IMG/VR virus record: IMGVR_UViG_3300010355_001062
Span: 1 to 64,000 of that record
Reading direction: 5' to 3' (one strand)
DNA: 64,000 bases
Source: a virus
Lineage: Duplodnaviria; Caudoviricetes
Under the pieces are notes generated by a model, which saw only the letters and a list, made by a program, of their open reading frames with translations, was not told the origin of the DNA and ran no database searches. A program made the position numbers and the translations under genes. Shown piece by piece: positions 18,974-28,232 of this stretch; within the stretch, counting starts at the first letter, position 1, and each line of letters begins with the position of its first letter.

Positions 18974-20064
18974 GTGTTAAGTGCTTTTAATAGAGCGCTC
19001 TCCAGCTCTGTATGATCATTTATTATCCATTCGTGATCCGGTATTTCGTCATTCGGTACTGTAATTATAGTATTACCGTAGTCTAGCGCTTCGTAACAAG
19101 TGTAGTGTAGGCAATGATGCATAGGTTCTAGTAATGGTATTATACAACCGGCCCCATACTGTAATAGGCTATGATAAGTAGCCTTATCCGAACTATAGAT
19201 GGTGTTGCCAATGCTAACGCCATTGGAATCGTGCAATACGTACGGTGAGTATACTTTATAGCCTTGCTTTAGTAGACCATGTAGCACATTAGCTATTATA
19301 GGTACTTTATAAGGCTCATGCGATGGTTTCCAAGGTACTAATATAAAAGGAGCTGTAATGTGCTTGGGTTTTGCCATAACAGGGGCTATACCGCGTACCA
19401 AAAGATCACCTGATTTATAACCCTTGGTTATTCTACTAGCTTCTGGGTATAGAGCTAATTGGTCTAAAGTACCAACCAGCATTGGTATATTGTTATAGAG
19501 CTCCCCATCTATGTATTTCATTTTACGATATGACTCTATAGTGCACTCCGCGCCAGCTATAGCATAAGCAAGATATACTATGTCGATATTTTTGTATGCT
19601 TTTATTGCATCTAATAGCGACAATGCTGCTTTCTGTGGAGCAATATAGATAGTATTGAAGTAACGTAATATAGTGTGTATTTTGCACATATCGTTGATAT
19701 GTAGAGAGCGTGTATGGCGTGGGTCTTCGCCATAGGTCATAAATAAATACACTATATTTATACCACGTGCCCACATGTTTTCCTGAATGCTTGCAAGATA
19801 GCCTAAACCGGCTGTGGTAAGTTTCTCGGGTACAGCTATACAATATAATGTATCATTGTCGGCTATAGTTTGTATAAACCCAAGCACTGTCAGTAAATTA
19901 CCATCACGCTCTATATTATAAAAGCCGTCGCTCCTATAGCCATAAACAGGTATGAATAAGCTCTTTTGTGCAAAATTACCGTGAACTCTGTCATAGCTAT
20001 TTAGTAATAAGCTTGGAGTTAATGCCCAGTATAATCCACTTATTTTATCAGAGTAAGCTAGCAT
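18970..20064 (-). CDS. Putative GT-B glycosyltransferase-like DNA modification enzyme
   Basis: 364 aa, two-domain size, C-terminal YEALDYGNTIIT resembling GT-B E-A-x-x-x-G; context in the modification cluster. Confidence 0.45.
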   Translation of the reverse strand: MLAYSDKISGLYWALTPSLLLNSYDRVHGNFAQKSLFIPVYGYRSDGFYNIERDGNLLTVLGFIQTIADNDTLYCIAVPEKLTTAGLGYLASIQENMWARGINIVYLFMTYGEDPRHTRSLHINDMCKIHTILRYFNTIYIAPQKAALSLLDAIKAYKNIDIVYLAYAIAGAECTIESYRKMKYIDGELYNNIPMLVGTLDQLALYPEASRITKGYKSGDLLVRGIAPVMAKPKHITAPFILVPWKPSHEPYKVPIIANVLHGLLKQGYKVYSPYVLHDSNGVSIGNTIYSSDKATYHSLLQYGAGCIIPLLEPMHHCLHYTCYEALDYGNTIITVPNDEIPDHEWIINDHTELESALLKALNT

Positions 20065-20770
20065 GCTTTGTCATTACTACGATGAATGTTTTATATTTGT
20101 CGTCTCGCTCTATGATTCGGAAGTCCCACCCTTTCTTTATGGCTATATTCTCAGCAGTATACACATTCATGTAATCGATGAAGCCATCACGAGCTGCATC
20201 ATCGCAGTGGTACTCCATCATCACAAACTCAAGTTGTGAAGCTAGGAGCTCGTCGAAAAAAGTATGCTCAGCTCCCTCGACATCAATCTTTGCACACTTA
20301 GCGTTAGTCATATTCATGACATAGCTGAATTGTAATGCTTTGATAGGTAGCCGAGTCACGGAATGTGTATCGCTTAAACCCGGTGCCAGTGTGTGCCTAC
20401 CTGAATTGGTGCCGAGATTACCATATAATATAAATTGCTCCAGATTATTAGGCCCTACGATTGCATAATTCAATGGCACTATATCGTCGTAATACGCTGT
20501 ATTCTTCGACAATAGCGCAAAATTGAATGGCTCTGGCTCGAAAGTATAAATGCGCGAAGCACCTCGTCTATGTATTTTAATAGAGGAGCTACCTACATGC
20601 CCACCTATATCTAACCAGATAGGTTGTATAAATTGGCTCTCACTGCCTTCGTGGCTAACCATGCTTTTAGCTAAGTACTCTTTATAAAGAGTATCTAGTA
20701 TATTATCGTATGCTTTCTCAGCTACCACGAAAGCATCGGCTTTATGTTCTCTTATTAACCTCACTAGCAT
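20048..20770 (-). CDS. FkbM-family SAM-dependent methyltransferase
   Basis: LDIGGHVG, YTFEPEPFNFALLSKN, KIDVEGAE. Confidence 0.85.
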   Translation of the reverse strand: MLVRLIREHKADAFVVAEKAYDNILDTLYKEYLAKSMVSHEGSESQFIQPIWLDIGGHVGSSSIKIHRRGASRIYTFEPEPFNFALLSKNTAYYDDIVPLNYAIVGPNNLEQFILYGNLGTNSGRHTLAPGLSDTHSVTRLPIKALQFSYVMNMTNAKCAKIDVEGAEHTFFDELLASQLEFVMMEYHCDDAARDGFIDYMNVYTAENIAIKKGWDFRIIERDDKYKTFIVVMTKHASLL

Positions 20771-21588
20771 CCTATAAGTTTTTTCGCTTGTTCAATATTG
20801 TTTGCATAGATGTGCGACGAAGCTATTTGGAAACTCAATGAATTAAGTTTATAGCTTACTGTATCAAGCCTACCAAGCGCTGTGACAAATGCTTCTACAA
20901 ATTTGCTTATGTTATACAAATCATATAGCATAGTTATATAGGCATTGGATGACCTGAATGTAGCCACTACATCGATATTGTAGTGGAAGCCTATATCGGC
21001 GTCGCGCTTGAATATGACAATATCGCTACAGCACGGATATTCCAAATTAGTGTTAATATCGCGCAAGAAATCATCGGACTTATCCAGTATATGAAATACT
21101 ACACGTCTGGAGTTATCGCGCTGTATTTCGCGCAGGTTACCTTCCAATTGGCTCAATAACCTAGGGCCGTAAGCCGTAGAGAAATTAGCTGGTATCTCAG
21201 CTCCCGGCATGAAACGACGCACGCTAGGATTTATCTGAGCTAGCTCCTCCATGTCAGTGGAGCCGGACATCATCCAATCGCAGAATTTTTGCGCGTAAGC
21301 ATAATTCCAGTGCGGAAAAGCTTTATTCATGTGTTCCCAAGAATGAGGCCATTCGCATTTGAATGAGTAATTTATAATCTCATTCATATAGCCGAGCCGG
21401 CTATCGCATACATAATCAGGATGCTGTATTAACTCAGTGAGCAGGGCCATATAGCTCCTTACTAAAGATGTGTCCTTTGTCGGTTTCATAGAAATGATAT
21501 TGAAAGTTTTCAGCATAATAGCGAATGCATAATTCGATAAGTGCTGCAAATAGATGTTTGTCGAATTTGGATGATTTAGGCTTAACAC
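20764..21588 (-). CDS. Thymidylate synthase-fold, dCMP-type nucleotide-modifying enzyme (true start probably ATG at 21489)
   Basis: AYGPR, NSRR, YPC catalytic Cys, FRSSNAYITMLYD (Asp at TS N177), SSHIY. Confidence 0.85.
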   Translation of the reverse strand: MLSLNHPNSTNIYLQHLSNYAFAIMLKTFNIISMKPTKDTSLVRSYMALLTELIQHPDYVCDSRLGYMNEIINYSFKCEWPHSWEHMNKAFPHWNYAYAQKFCDWMMSGSTDMEELAQINPSVRRFMPGAEIPANFSTAYGPRLLSQLEGNLREIQRDNSRRVVFHILDKSDDFLRDINTNLEYPCCSDIVIFKRDADIGFHYNIDVVATFRSSNAYITMLYDLYNISKFVEAFVTALGRLDTVSYKLNSLSFQIASSHIYANNIEQAKKLIGC

Positions 21589-21988
21589 CGGCTAATAAAC
21601 TTACATCCCAATCCAGCTTACGAAAATTGCTTTCTAAGTCTGCTAGTGTAACGCCGAACACAGTAAACTGGAAATTACCCTTAGTTATGAGTTGTGGTCT
21701 GACACCGAATACATGCTCCATATTAAATGAATGTACCTCAGCATCCGCCCAAGAGTCGCCGGTCAATTCACGCATTATTTTCATGCCTCCGCGCACTATA
21801 GCACCGAAATAGAAACGATTCTGGTCTAGCGTACGTAGCTCTTTCTTCTCAGTACACTCAACCGTAAACTCTGGCTCGGTTGAATGGTATATAATCGATT
21901 TATTGATCAATGGGCTATTTACTTTTAAGTAAAGCTCATTATCGATTATTACTTTAGTACAGTTTAGCTGAATTGGTTTCATAGACAT
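21434..21988 (-). CDS. NinB/YbcN-like protein
   Basis: RTLDQNRFYF and SSKFDKHLFAALIELCIRYYAE. Confidence 0.55.
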   Translation of the reverse strand: MSMKPIQLNCTKVIIDNELYLKVNSPLINKSIIYHSTEPEFTVECTEKKELRTLDQNRFYFGAIVRGGMKIMRELTGDSWADAEVHSFNMEHVFGVRPQLITKGNFQFTVFGVTLADLESNFRKLDWDVSLLAGVKPKSSKFDKHLFAALIELCIRYYAENFQYHFYETDKGHIFSKELYGPAH

Positions 21989-21992
21989 AGTT

Positions 21993-22023
21993 ATAGCCGA
22001 AGGTAACGTGTACCTTCGGCTAT
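21993..22023. repeat. Perfect 13-bp stem-loop downstream of the SSB gene
   Basis: ATAGCCGAAGGTA-ACGTG-TACCTTCGGCTAT; no U-tract on the minus strand. Confidence 0.75.
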
Positions 22024-22027
22024 TTAG

Positions 22028-22927
22028 TTATTTCTTCAATTTACCCATCAAGCCTCCGCCTGTCCCGCTGCCACCAAATTGTTGTTTCTTCTTTTCTTCT
22101 TTCAATGGTCTAGCATTCTTGGGGCGCGGCTCGCCCTGAAAGATGTAGTTCATCCATTCCATGCGCTCTTCGGCTGGTGTGACGCCTTCTTTGAAAAATT
22201 CATAAGCTCCACCGGTCTGCCATTCTAGCAGTTCAGCTTTGTGAGCTTCAGTGAAAGACGGCGCTGTTTCCGGGTTGAACGTGAACTCGATACGCTCGGT
22301 TTTATACCTAACTTGATTGTTTTCGTTGGTCTTCAATGACTGCCAAACACGCGCATCAGGCCCATATACTGTAACCCCAGGGTTGTTAAAAGCATTCTGC
22401 GTTACTGTAAGCACCTGCGTCCAAAGGCTTTCACGGAAGCAGCCCATGCGGATTGCTTTCTTCGGGTCTTCGTCCACTTCAAAAGCATTCATAAATATAC
22501 CGTTTTCGATCACAGGTTTCAGTTCGATGACTGGAGCCAAGTATTGCGATGAGAATTGGAATTTGGCATAATTATCCTTATGGATAATCGCCGCTATACC
22601 CTCGTCGGTTTTGGCCATTTCCAAAGCCGCTAGATACATGTCCATTGCATCGTCCTGCTCTCCAATAGAAGTAGCCGATACGATACGATGGTGTTCCAGA
22701 AACCAGCCGACCTGGTCAAAATAGGTCAGCCCGTTGGCTGGAGTAAGATCGAACGGAATCAGTCTATAGAAGACTTCATCCGGGTAGCCTTGCTTACCTA
22801 CTTGGTCGACGTATAACATTCTTTTGTCAGCTCGCTCTCCATACTGAGCTTTTGCACGTTCGGCGATCGCTTCCTGAGCTTGTTTGACCTTATTAAGGTC
22901 TAGATTGAATTCAAAGCCTGTTGCCAT
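22028..22927 (-). CDS. Single-stranded DNA-binding protein (T4 gp32-like)
   Basis: YRLIPF motif, ~300 aa, own promoter, high-expression codon usage, next to the polymerase. Confidence 0.6.
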   Translation of the reverse strand: MATGFEFNLDLNKVKQAQEAIAERAKAQYGERADKRMLYVDQVGKQGYPDEVFYRLIPFDLTPANGLTYFDQVGWFLEHHRIVSATSIGEQDDAMDMYLAALEMAKTDEGIAAIIHKDNYAKFQFSSQYLAPVIELKPVIENGIFMNAFEVDEDPKKAIRMGCFRESLWTQVLTVTQNAFNNPGVTVYGPDARVWQSLKTNENNQVRYKTERIEFTFNPETAPSFTEAHKAELLEWQTGGAYEFFKEGVTPAEERMEWMNYIFQGEPRPKNARPLKEEKKKQQFGGSGTGGGLMGKLKK

Positions 22928-22956
22928 TGTGTGAGTTTATGGATGAATTAATAAAT

Positions 22957-22987
22957 CAAAGATAAAATAATTCTATTGAAATTCAAA
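22957..22987 (-). promoter_or_regulatory. Bacteroidota-type sigma70 promoter
   Basis: TTTG-N19-TATCTTTG. Confidence 0.8.
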
Positions 22988-23011
22988 GAATTATTTTATC
23001 TTTTTCAAATT

Positions 23012-25648
23012 TTATTCAAGTTTAATGAAGCAATTTCTGATGGCTGATGCTATTTGATCAGCACTATCGTATTTGATGTCCTTGAACTCGTGCCAGTTAG
23101 TTTTAGTAACAGACCAGTCTATATTCATAGGCACAACTAAACGTGAAACATCCACATTCAGATAGTCATCGGCTCTTGGGTTAACCATCAAATCTTCATA
23201 AATCGGAGCTAGAATATCCATAAAAGCATCGGACATATAGATGTGAACAGAGTCATGTATCGTATTACTAAATCTGGACATATCGTGGGGTATAAGCTTA
23301 CTTAATACCCCCATAGCGAATATAGTCCACTCGCCAGACGATCCTTGAATTGGTGAGTTAATAGCTTGACGTTTAGCTTTAGCCACGAGCTTACGGTCGT
23401 ATGAGTAAATATCCGGCAGTCTCCGCTTACGGCCGAAAATAGTACGTACATAGCCGAATTTCTGTGCTTTGGCTTTATATATTTCCCACCATTCAGGTAG
23501 CCGTTTGTAGACTTTCAGCAACCCATCTAATTGCTTCCTAGCTTCCTCTTCGCTTATGATCTTACCATTGGTAGCTCTACGCACATAATCAATATAGCCG
23601 AATACGCTAATACCGTATGTACCAGAAAAATTACCCATCTTTCCCCAAGTCCTGCCCTGTTTATAAGCTACTGGATCAGTTACGGCTAGCGCTTTGAATT
23701 CTTCTAGCGATAATTCCATAATACCTGAACCAGATACTGAGTGCAAATCTTGCTTATCCAGATAAGCTTGTTGCATAGTTTCATCGCCGGAAACGTTTGC
23801 AATCAAGCGTAGCTCAGCTTGCGAATAATCGATCTGAATAAATGTCTGCGGGCCGTATTTATTCGGCGGTGGGCATATAAAACATCTACGCACAGTATTT
23901 ACACCCCACACCAAATCCTGATCATCGCGTATATATACGTGATTACTGATATTTTGCAGATTGGGGTTGGAGGCGGAAACCCTACCAGTCCGTGTGCCAT
24001 GACATTTATACTCAGTATGCAGAAATCCTTGTGGGTCGGGTAGAGTATCGAAAGCTTTGTAGTAAGTATTGCGCAGCTTAGTTACCATCTTAATGGTTGA
24101 GAACGTAAGCAAAATATCCGAGTTAAATCTCTGAGCTAATTCCAATATATAACCTTTGTCGGTCTTAGCTTCTTTCTCACCCTTCATACCAACTTTCATC
24201 GGCATGTCCATAAACTCATAGCCATATAACCATTCTCTAACTTTGATAGGCGAACCTAATGAAAATTTTACTTCCGGCACGGAAGTTCTAGCAGCTACAA
24301 TATCATCACTCCATTTCGTCAGAAATCGCTGTCTAGGTAATTCTTTAGCTCGCTCAGCGTCAATCTTAGCTTGTATAGCCGCTATGGTAGTTTGCTGAGC
24401 TTTATCTTGTAAATATAGCAAATAAGCTTTAACTTTCGGGTGAGCATAAAATTCTCTAGTCCTTCGCTCTATCGCTTCTGAGCATTTTTCAATAGCCTCG
24501 GCAACCTGGGCTTTATTGATTAATGACCCTCGAAATGATGTCCAAGCTAATGCCCAAGCTGATGGCATTACATGTGATCTGAATAAACGATATAATGTGC
24601 CATCGCCATCATCAGTTAATAGCATCCACTCGAATTGTATGCAAGCTCTGATAGTCATATCAGCATCAGTAGCTCCGTATGCTGCTAGCTCTTTCATTGG
24701 AATAGCTGCCCAGTCTGTATCGGGTGGTAATTCACGCTGGTAGCCAGCGAATTCAGGAAAATAAGTCTCGGTGATTATTTTCAAGCCGTTCAATGTATTC
24801 TCGTCTAATACATGTGAGGCTAGCATTACATCAAACCATTCGCCGTAAAATTTGGTCATTCCCATTTGCATGCACCAAATACCTTCCATCATTAGGTTAT
24901 GCACGACTTTTCTTATCGAGGTATTAGCGAAAATCTTTTCTTCGATCTCAGAGTTGATATAAGCTATCCTGTCCATTATGGACCACCCCTCCCATTCCAC
25001 AGTCTCAAAATGCATATACGGTATAATTACCGCTTTGCCTGGACGCGTCGCTACGGACATGATAGTTACATAGCCTAGCCATGATTTCAAGCTAGTTGTC
25101 TCGAAGTCAAATGCCCATAGTTTGTCGATCTGAGCTTGCGCTATCAAATCGTCGAATTCAGCTTTAGTAGTTATAATAATATGCTCAGTAAGAGCGGGCT
25201 TTGCTCTAGCTTGCTCCAAACCTGTAACAGCGAAATATAATTCATCGAATATCCTTTTCGCTATCTTCTGCTCGTAAGCTGGGTTCTGCTCAACAGCAGA
25301 AGGTGAATAGCAAGGAATCCATGTAGTGCCATTTTCTTGCACTATACGCTGCTCTACTAATTCGCTCATCTTGCCGACCAGACCGAATACTTTGCTTACT
25401 CTAGCTCCGAGTAAAAATATTACTTGGTAATCAGCATACTTATTAAAGTCTACTGATTTCCTAAGCTGAGCATCCGATAACTTCAACTCGCTATCGGTAT
25501 TTAAGTATTGATAATCGAAAGTTATATGTTCCGGTACTTTTATAGCACCTGTATCGAATAATGCACGGCACAGATAGTTATAGCCACGGCTGAAATCACC
25601 TCGGTTATCTACTCCAGGTCTATTGTCACTTAGAAATAGAACTCTCAT
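23012..25648 (-). CDS. polA: Family A DNA polymerase with an N-terminal UDG-like domain and 3'-5' exonuclease
   Basis: Exo DFETT/HNL/YGATDAD; motif A DYSQAELR; motif B KMGNFSGTYG; motif C IHDS; N-terminal FLLGARV...CYSPSAV. Confidence 0.95.
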   Translation of the reverse strand: MRVLFLSDNRPGVDNRGDFSRGYNYLCRALFDTGAIKVPEHITFDYQYLNTDSELKLSDAQLRKSVDFNKYADYQVIFLLGARVSKVFGLVGKMSELVEQRIVQENGTTWIPCYSPSAVEQNPAYEQKIAKRIFDELYFAVTGLEQARAKPALTEHIIITTKAEFDDLIAQAQIDKLWAFDFETTSLKSWLGYVTIMSVATRPGKAVIIPYMHFETVEWEGWSIMDRIAYINSEIEEKIFANTSIRKVVHNLMMEGIWCMQMGMTKFYGEWFDVMLASHVLDENTLNGLKIITETYFPEFAGYQRELPPDTDWAAIPMKELAAYGATDADMTIRACIQFEWMLLTDDGDGTLYRLFRSHVMPSAWALAWTSFRGSLINKAQVAEAIEKCSEAIERRTREFYAHPKVKAYLLYLQDKAQQTTIAAIQAKIDAERAKELPRQRFLTKWSDDIVAARTSVPEVKFSLGSPIKVREWLYGYEFMDMPMKVGMKGEKEAKTDKGYILELAQRFNSDILLTFSTIKMVTKLRNTYYKAFDTLPDPQGFLHTEYKCHGTRTGRVSASNPNLQNISNHVYIRDDQDLVWGVNTVRRCFICPPPNKYGPQTFIQIDYSQAELRLIANVSGDETMQQAYLDKQDLHSVSGSGIMELSLEEFKALAVTDPVAYKQGRTWGKMGNFSGTYGISVFGYIDYVRRATNGKIISEEEARKQLDGLLKVYKRLPEWWEIYKAKAQKFGYVRTIFGRKRRLPDIYSYDRKLVAKAKRQAINSPIQGSSGEWTIFAMGVLSKLIPHDMSRFSNTIHDSVHIYMSDAFMDILAPIYEDLMVNPRADDYLNVDVSRLVVPMNIDWSVTKTNWHEFKDIKYDSADQIASAIRNCFIKLE

Positions 25649-25997
25649 AAGCTAGTTTGGCTTTAATGATTTTTAATCTATATTCGGCAAGAATGCGTGT
25701 GCTTTTACAATTGTACATTATGTCCTCTACTATGTCGTTGTCGTCTAGTATGCCCGACGCTAGCATTTCAGCTATTCTAGTATCTGTTACAAGCTCGAAA
25801 TTAGTGAGATCAAAATAAGGCTTATCCGAGCCTACTTCATCGATCTTAGGTCTTATAACTTTATTATAGAAGTCAAACATACATAAAGCGCTAGCTAGAC
25901 ACGCTGTGCAATTTATGTCCCTAGCATCGAATACCAAGCCAAAGCATGCTGGCTCTTTGGCATTAGGCTCGGTTTGTGCTGTTCTTTCCATTTCCAT
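25626..25997 (-). CDS. Cys-containing hypothetical protein
   Basis: CFG...CTAC...C putative Zn site. Confidence 0.65.
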   Translation of the reverse strand: MEMERTAQTEPNAKEPACFGLVFDARDINCTACLASALCMFDFYNKVIRPKIDEVGSDKPYFDLTNFELVTDTRIAEMLASGILDDNDIVEDIMYNCKSTRILAEYRLKIIKAKLAYESSISK

Positions 25998-26013
25998 CGA
26001 TAGAATATTTTAT

Positions 26014-26044
26014 CAAAGATAATCAAATTTTTGGAATATCCAAA
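26014..26044 (-). promoter_or_regulatory. Bacteroidota-type sigma70 promoter
   Basis: TTTG-N19-TATCTTTG. Confidence 0.75.
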
Positions 26045-27510
26045 GATAATTTATCATTTTTATAAATAGTAGCTAAAGACGGTTCTAACGAACCTATCTT
26101 AGTAGCATATTGGGCAGTTATTTTATAGCCGTATCTTTGATATATGGCTATGCGTTCTTTCGATTGTTTTTCGCAATATTTTCCATCATCGTAAAAATCG
26201 TAAACATATTTATTGGCTGATGTTAATCTACCCATACGCCCTAGATATTGCACCAACTCTATCTCTGATGAACCTGCTTGAGCATATATAAGTACATCCA
26301 TAGCTATATTAGCTCCTTCTTGCCATATATTAGTTATAAGTACTCTACGCCCTTCGGGTTTTGTAGAGAACTTAGCTAATAATTCACGTATCATATATTC
26401 CGGTTGCCCACCGTTTAGCATTATAACTTCAGCTTCTGGATAAGCTTGCATCACTGCTTCGCCTATCTTCATTGTGTGAACTAGCTGATTTACAGTAATC
26501 ATAATATTACCCTCGGTATGCTTGCCTACGGCTTCCATTATAAGCTTCAATCGGGCGGGTGATTCTATGATATTAGCTGCGTATACTTCGGCGTATTCCA
26601 TATCAGTTTTACTACCGGTAATTATAGGGGCGCTATGGTATAGTAAATTAACATGTAATGTAGCATTTATACCCGCCTCATTTAATCTTTGTGTAGATAC
26701 TTTATGCACTATATCGCCAAAGCTACTCATAACACGTATCTTAGCTGCATTGTGCTTACTTGAGAACGGCGTACCGGAAAAACCTATACGTGTAGCTACA
26801 CCTAACGAATTTATTAGCAGGTAGTATTCATTACCGCCCGCTCTATGACATTCATCTACTATTAATAAAGTAGCTTCATTCACAAGCCATACTAATGTAG
26901 GTTCGAATTCATGGTGCCTATTTATGACTGATTGATACATGCAGACAATAACTTGTCCGGGTATTATCTGCTTACCTCTTATTGAGCCTACTGTAAATCC
27001 GGCTTTCTTGAGGAAATCAATTAACTGAGTGTACAAAGTAGCATCATGTACCAGAATAAAAGCATAGCCCTCTTCCAGAGCATCTAAAAGAGCTGCTATA
27101 ATATAGGACTTACCACTATTGGTAGCATGGTCAAAAATAGCTGATTCTTTGAAATCAGTAGTAGTTAATCTTTCAGCGTAAGCTAATAGAGCTTCAGCCT
27201 GATGCTCACGCATAGAGCCAAAGCTCTTAACTGGATTAGTTAATTTAGCTTTATCGAATACGGCTATATTGCGTCTATAATCTGCTATATCGTACTCGAT
27301 TTCGAGCTCCTGCAAGTACTCAATAGCATCGGGCAATAAGCCCAATGGTATAGTACCATCAGGCAAGATAAAACACTCGGTTGAGTCGTAGTGCCCGGCT
27401 CTTGGGTTGAATAGCTTATCTGTTATGCTGAAATAAGCACGTAGTTTACCGAATAGTTCATCGTCATCGGTGTCTAATAAGGCATGCGAGTTAAATATTT
27501 CTATATTCAT
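26023..27510 (-). CDS. SF2 DExH helicase (UvsW-like)
   Basis: ATNSGKS, DECH, SGT, QYLGRMGR. Confidence 0.9.
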   Translation of the reverse strand: MNIEIFNSHALLDTDDDELFGKLRAYFSITDKLFNPRAGHYDSTECFILPDGTIPLGLLPDAIEYLQELEIEYDIADYRRNIAVFDKAKLTNPVKSFGSMREHQAEALLAYAERLTTTDFKESAIFDHATNSGKSYIIAALLDALEEGYAFILVHDATLYTQLIDFLKKAGFTVGSIRGKQIIPGQVIVCMYQSVINRHHEFEPTLVWLVNEATLLIVDECHRAGGNEYYLLINSLGVATRIGFSGTPFSSKHNAAKIRVMSSFGDIVHKVSTQRLNEAGINATLHVNLLYHSAPIITGSKTDMEYAEVYAANIIESPARLKLIMEAVGKHTEGNIMITVNQLVHTMKIGEAVMQAYPEAEVIMLNGGQPEYMIRELLAKFSTKPEGRRVLITNIWQEGANIAMDVLIYAQAGSSEIELVQYLGRMGRLTSANKYVYDFYDDGKYCEKQSKERIAIYQRYGYKITAQYATKIGSLEPSLATIYKNDKLSLDIPKI

Positions 27511-28232
27511 TGGTTCTTCAATTTACTACGATAATCAGCGTATCTACCATATGCTGAACCATCGTATAAATTACTGGGCTTAGGAAATTCCCTACCCCAG
27601 TTTATGTGGAATTGCGCATAGAATAAATCAGTCAAATCGGCACCAGTCATATCTGCTAGATCGACTAGCTTAGCAAATGGCTCTAATGAAACTACAGCCA
27701 TTTTTACGTACTCATGTAATCCCTTGCTCTCAGCCATTTTTATGTAAGCTGCTTGTAGCTGCTTGAATGTAGCTGCATTTATATCATCGTTTAATTGCAG
27801 TGCATTCAAGCGCTCTTGCAATTCCGTAGCTAGATGTTGTTTGAATTCGCGCTCCTTCACAAAGCGCTTAAATATGGAGGCGAATATACTTTCCAGCTCC
27901 ATAGCTATATTCGATTTCTTTAGCTCAGTTAATGTCTGTAGTTGGGTTAACTCGCGCTGAAATTTAGCCCAGTCATTTCTTATCAATGGGGCGTAACCTC
28001 TCTTGCTAGTATAGCGCGCATAGATTGTAATAAAAGCGGCTTTCGATTCAGGCAGTATCGTAATCGAGCTATCAACAAAAATGGCTTCGCTTTTCTTTAT
28101 GCGTTTAGCTACAGTTGCCTTAGCTTCGCAGCGGCTAAGTATAGCTACAAGAGCTTCTTCGGGTATCTGGTACCCGGATGCCCATAGCTCGAATAGCAAC
28201 TCGTTTGGAGCTATCGTTTGTATATCTTTCAT
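27507..28232 (-). CDS. Hypothetical protein
   Basis: 241-aa helical ORF between the primase and helicase. Confidence 0.7.
   Translation of the reverse strand: MKDIQTIAPNELLFELWASGYQIPEEALVAILSRCEAKATVAKRIKKSEAIFVDSSITILPESKAAFITIYARYTSKRGYAPLIRNDWAKFQRELTQLQTLTELKKSNIAMELESIFASIFKRFVKEREFKQHLATELQERLNALQLNDDINAATFKQLQAAYIKMAESKGLHEYVKMAVVSLEPFAKLVDLADMTGADLTDLFYAQFHINWGREFPKPSNLYDGSAYGRYADYRSKLKNQ

Noticed and set aside
20764-21588. Ordinary thymidylate synthase ThyA
   Set aside because: It has Asp at the N177 position and lacks the E58/D169 equivalents, and no DHFR is nearby.
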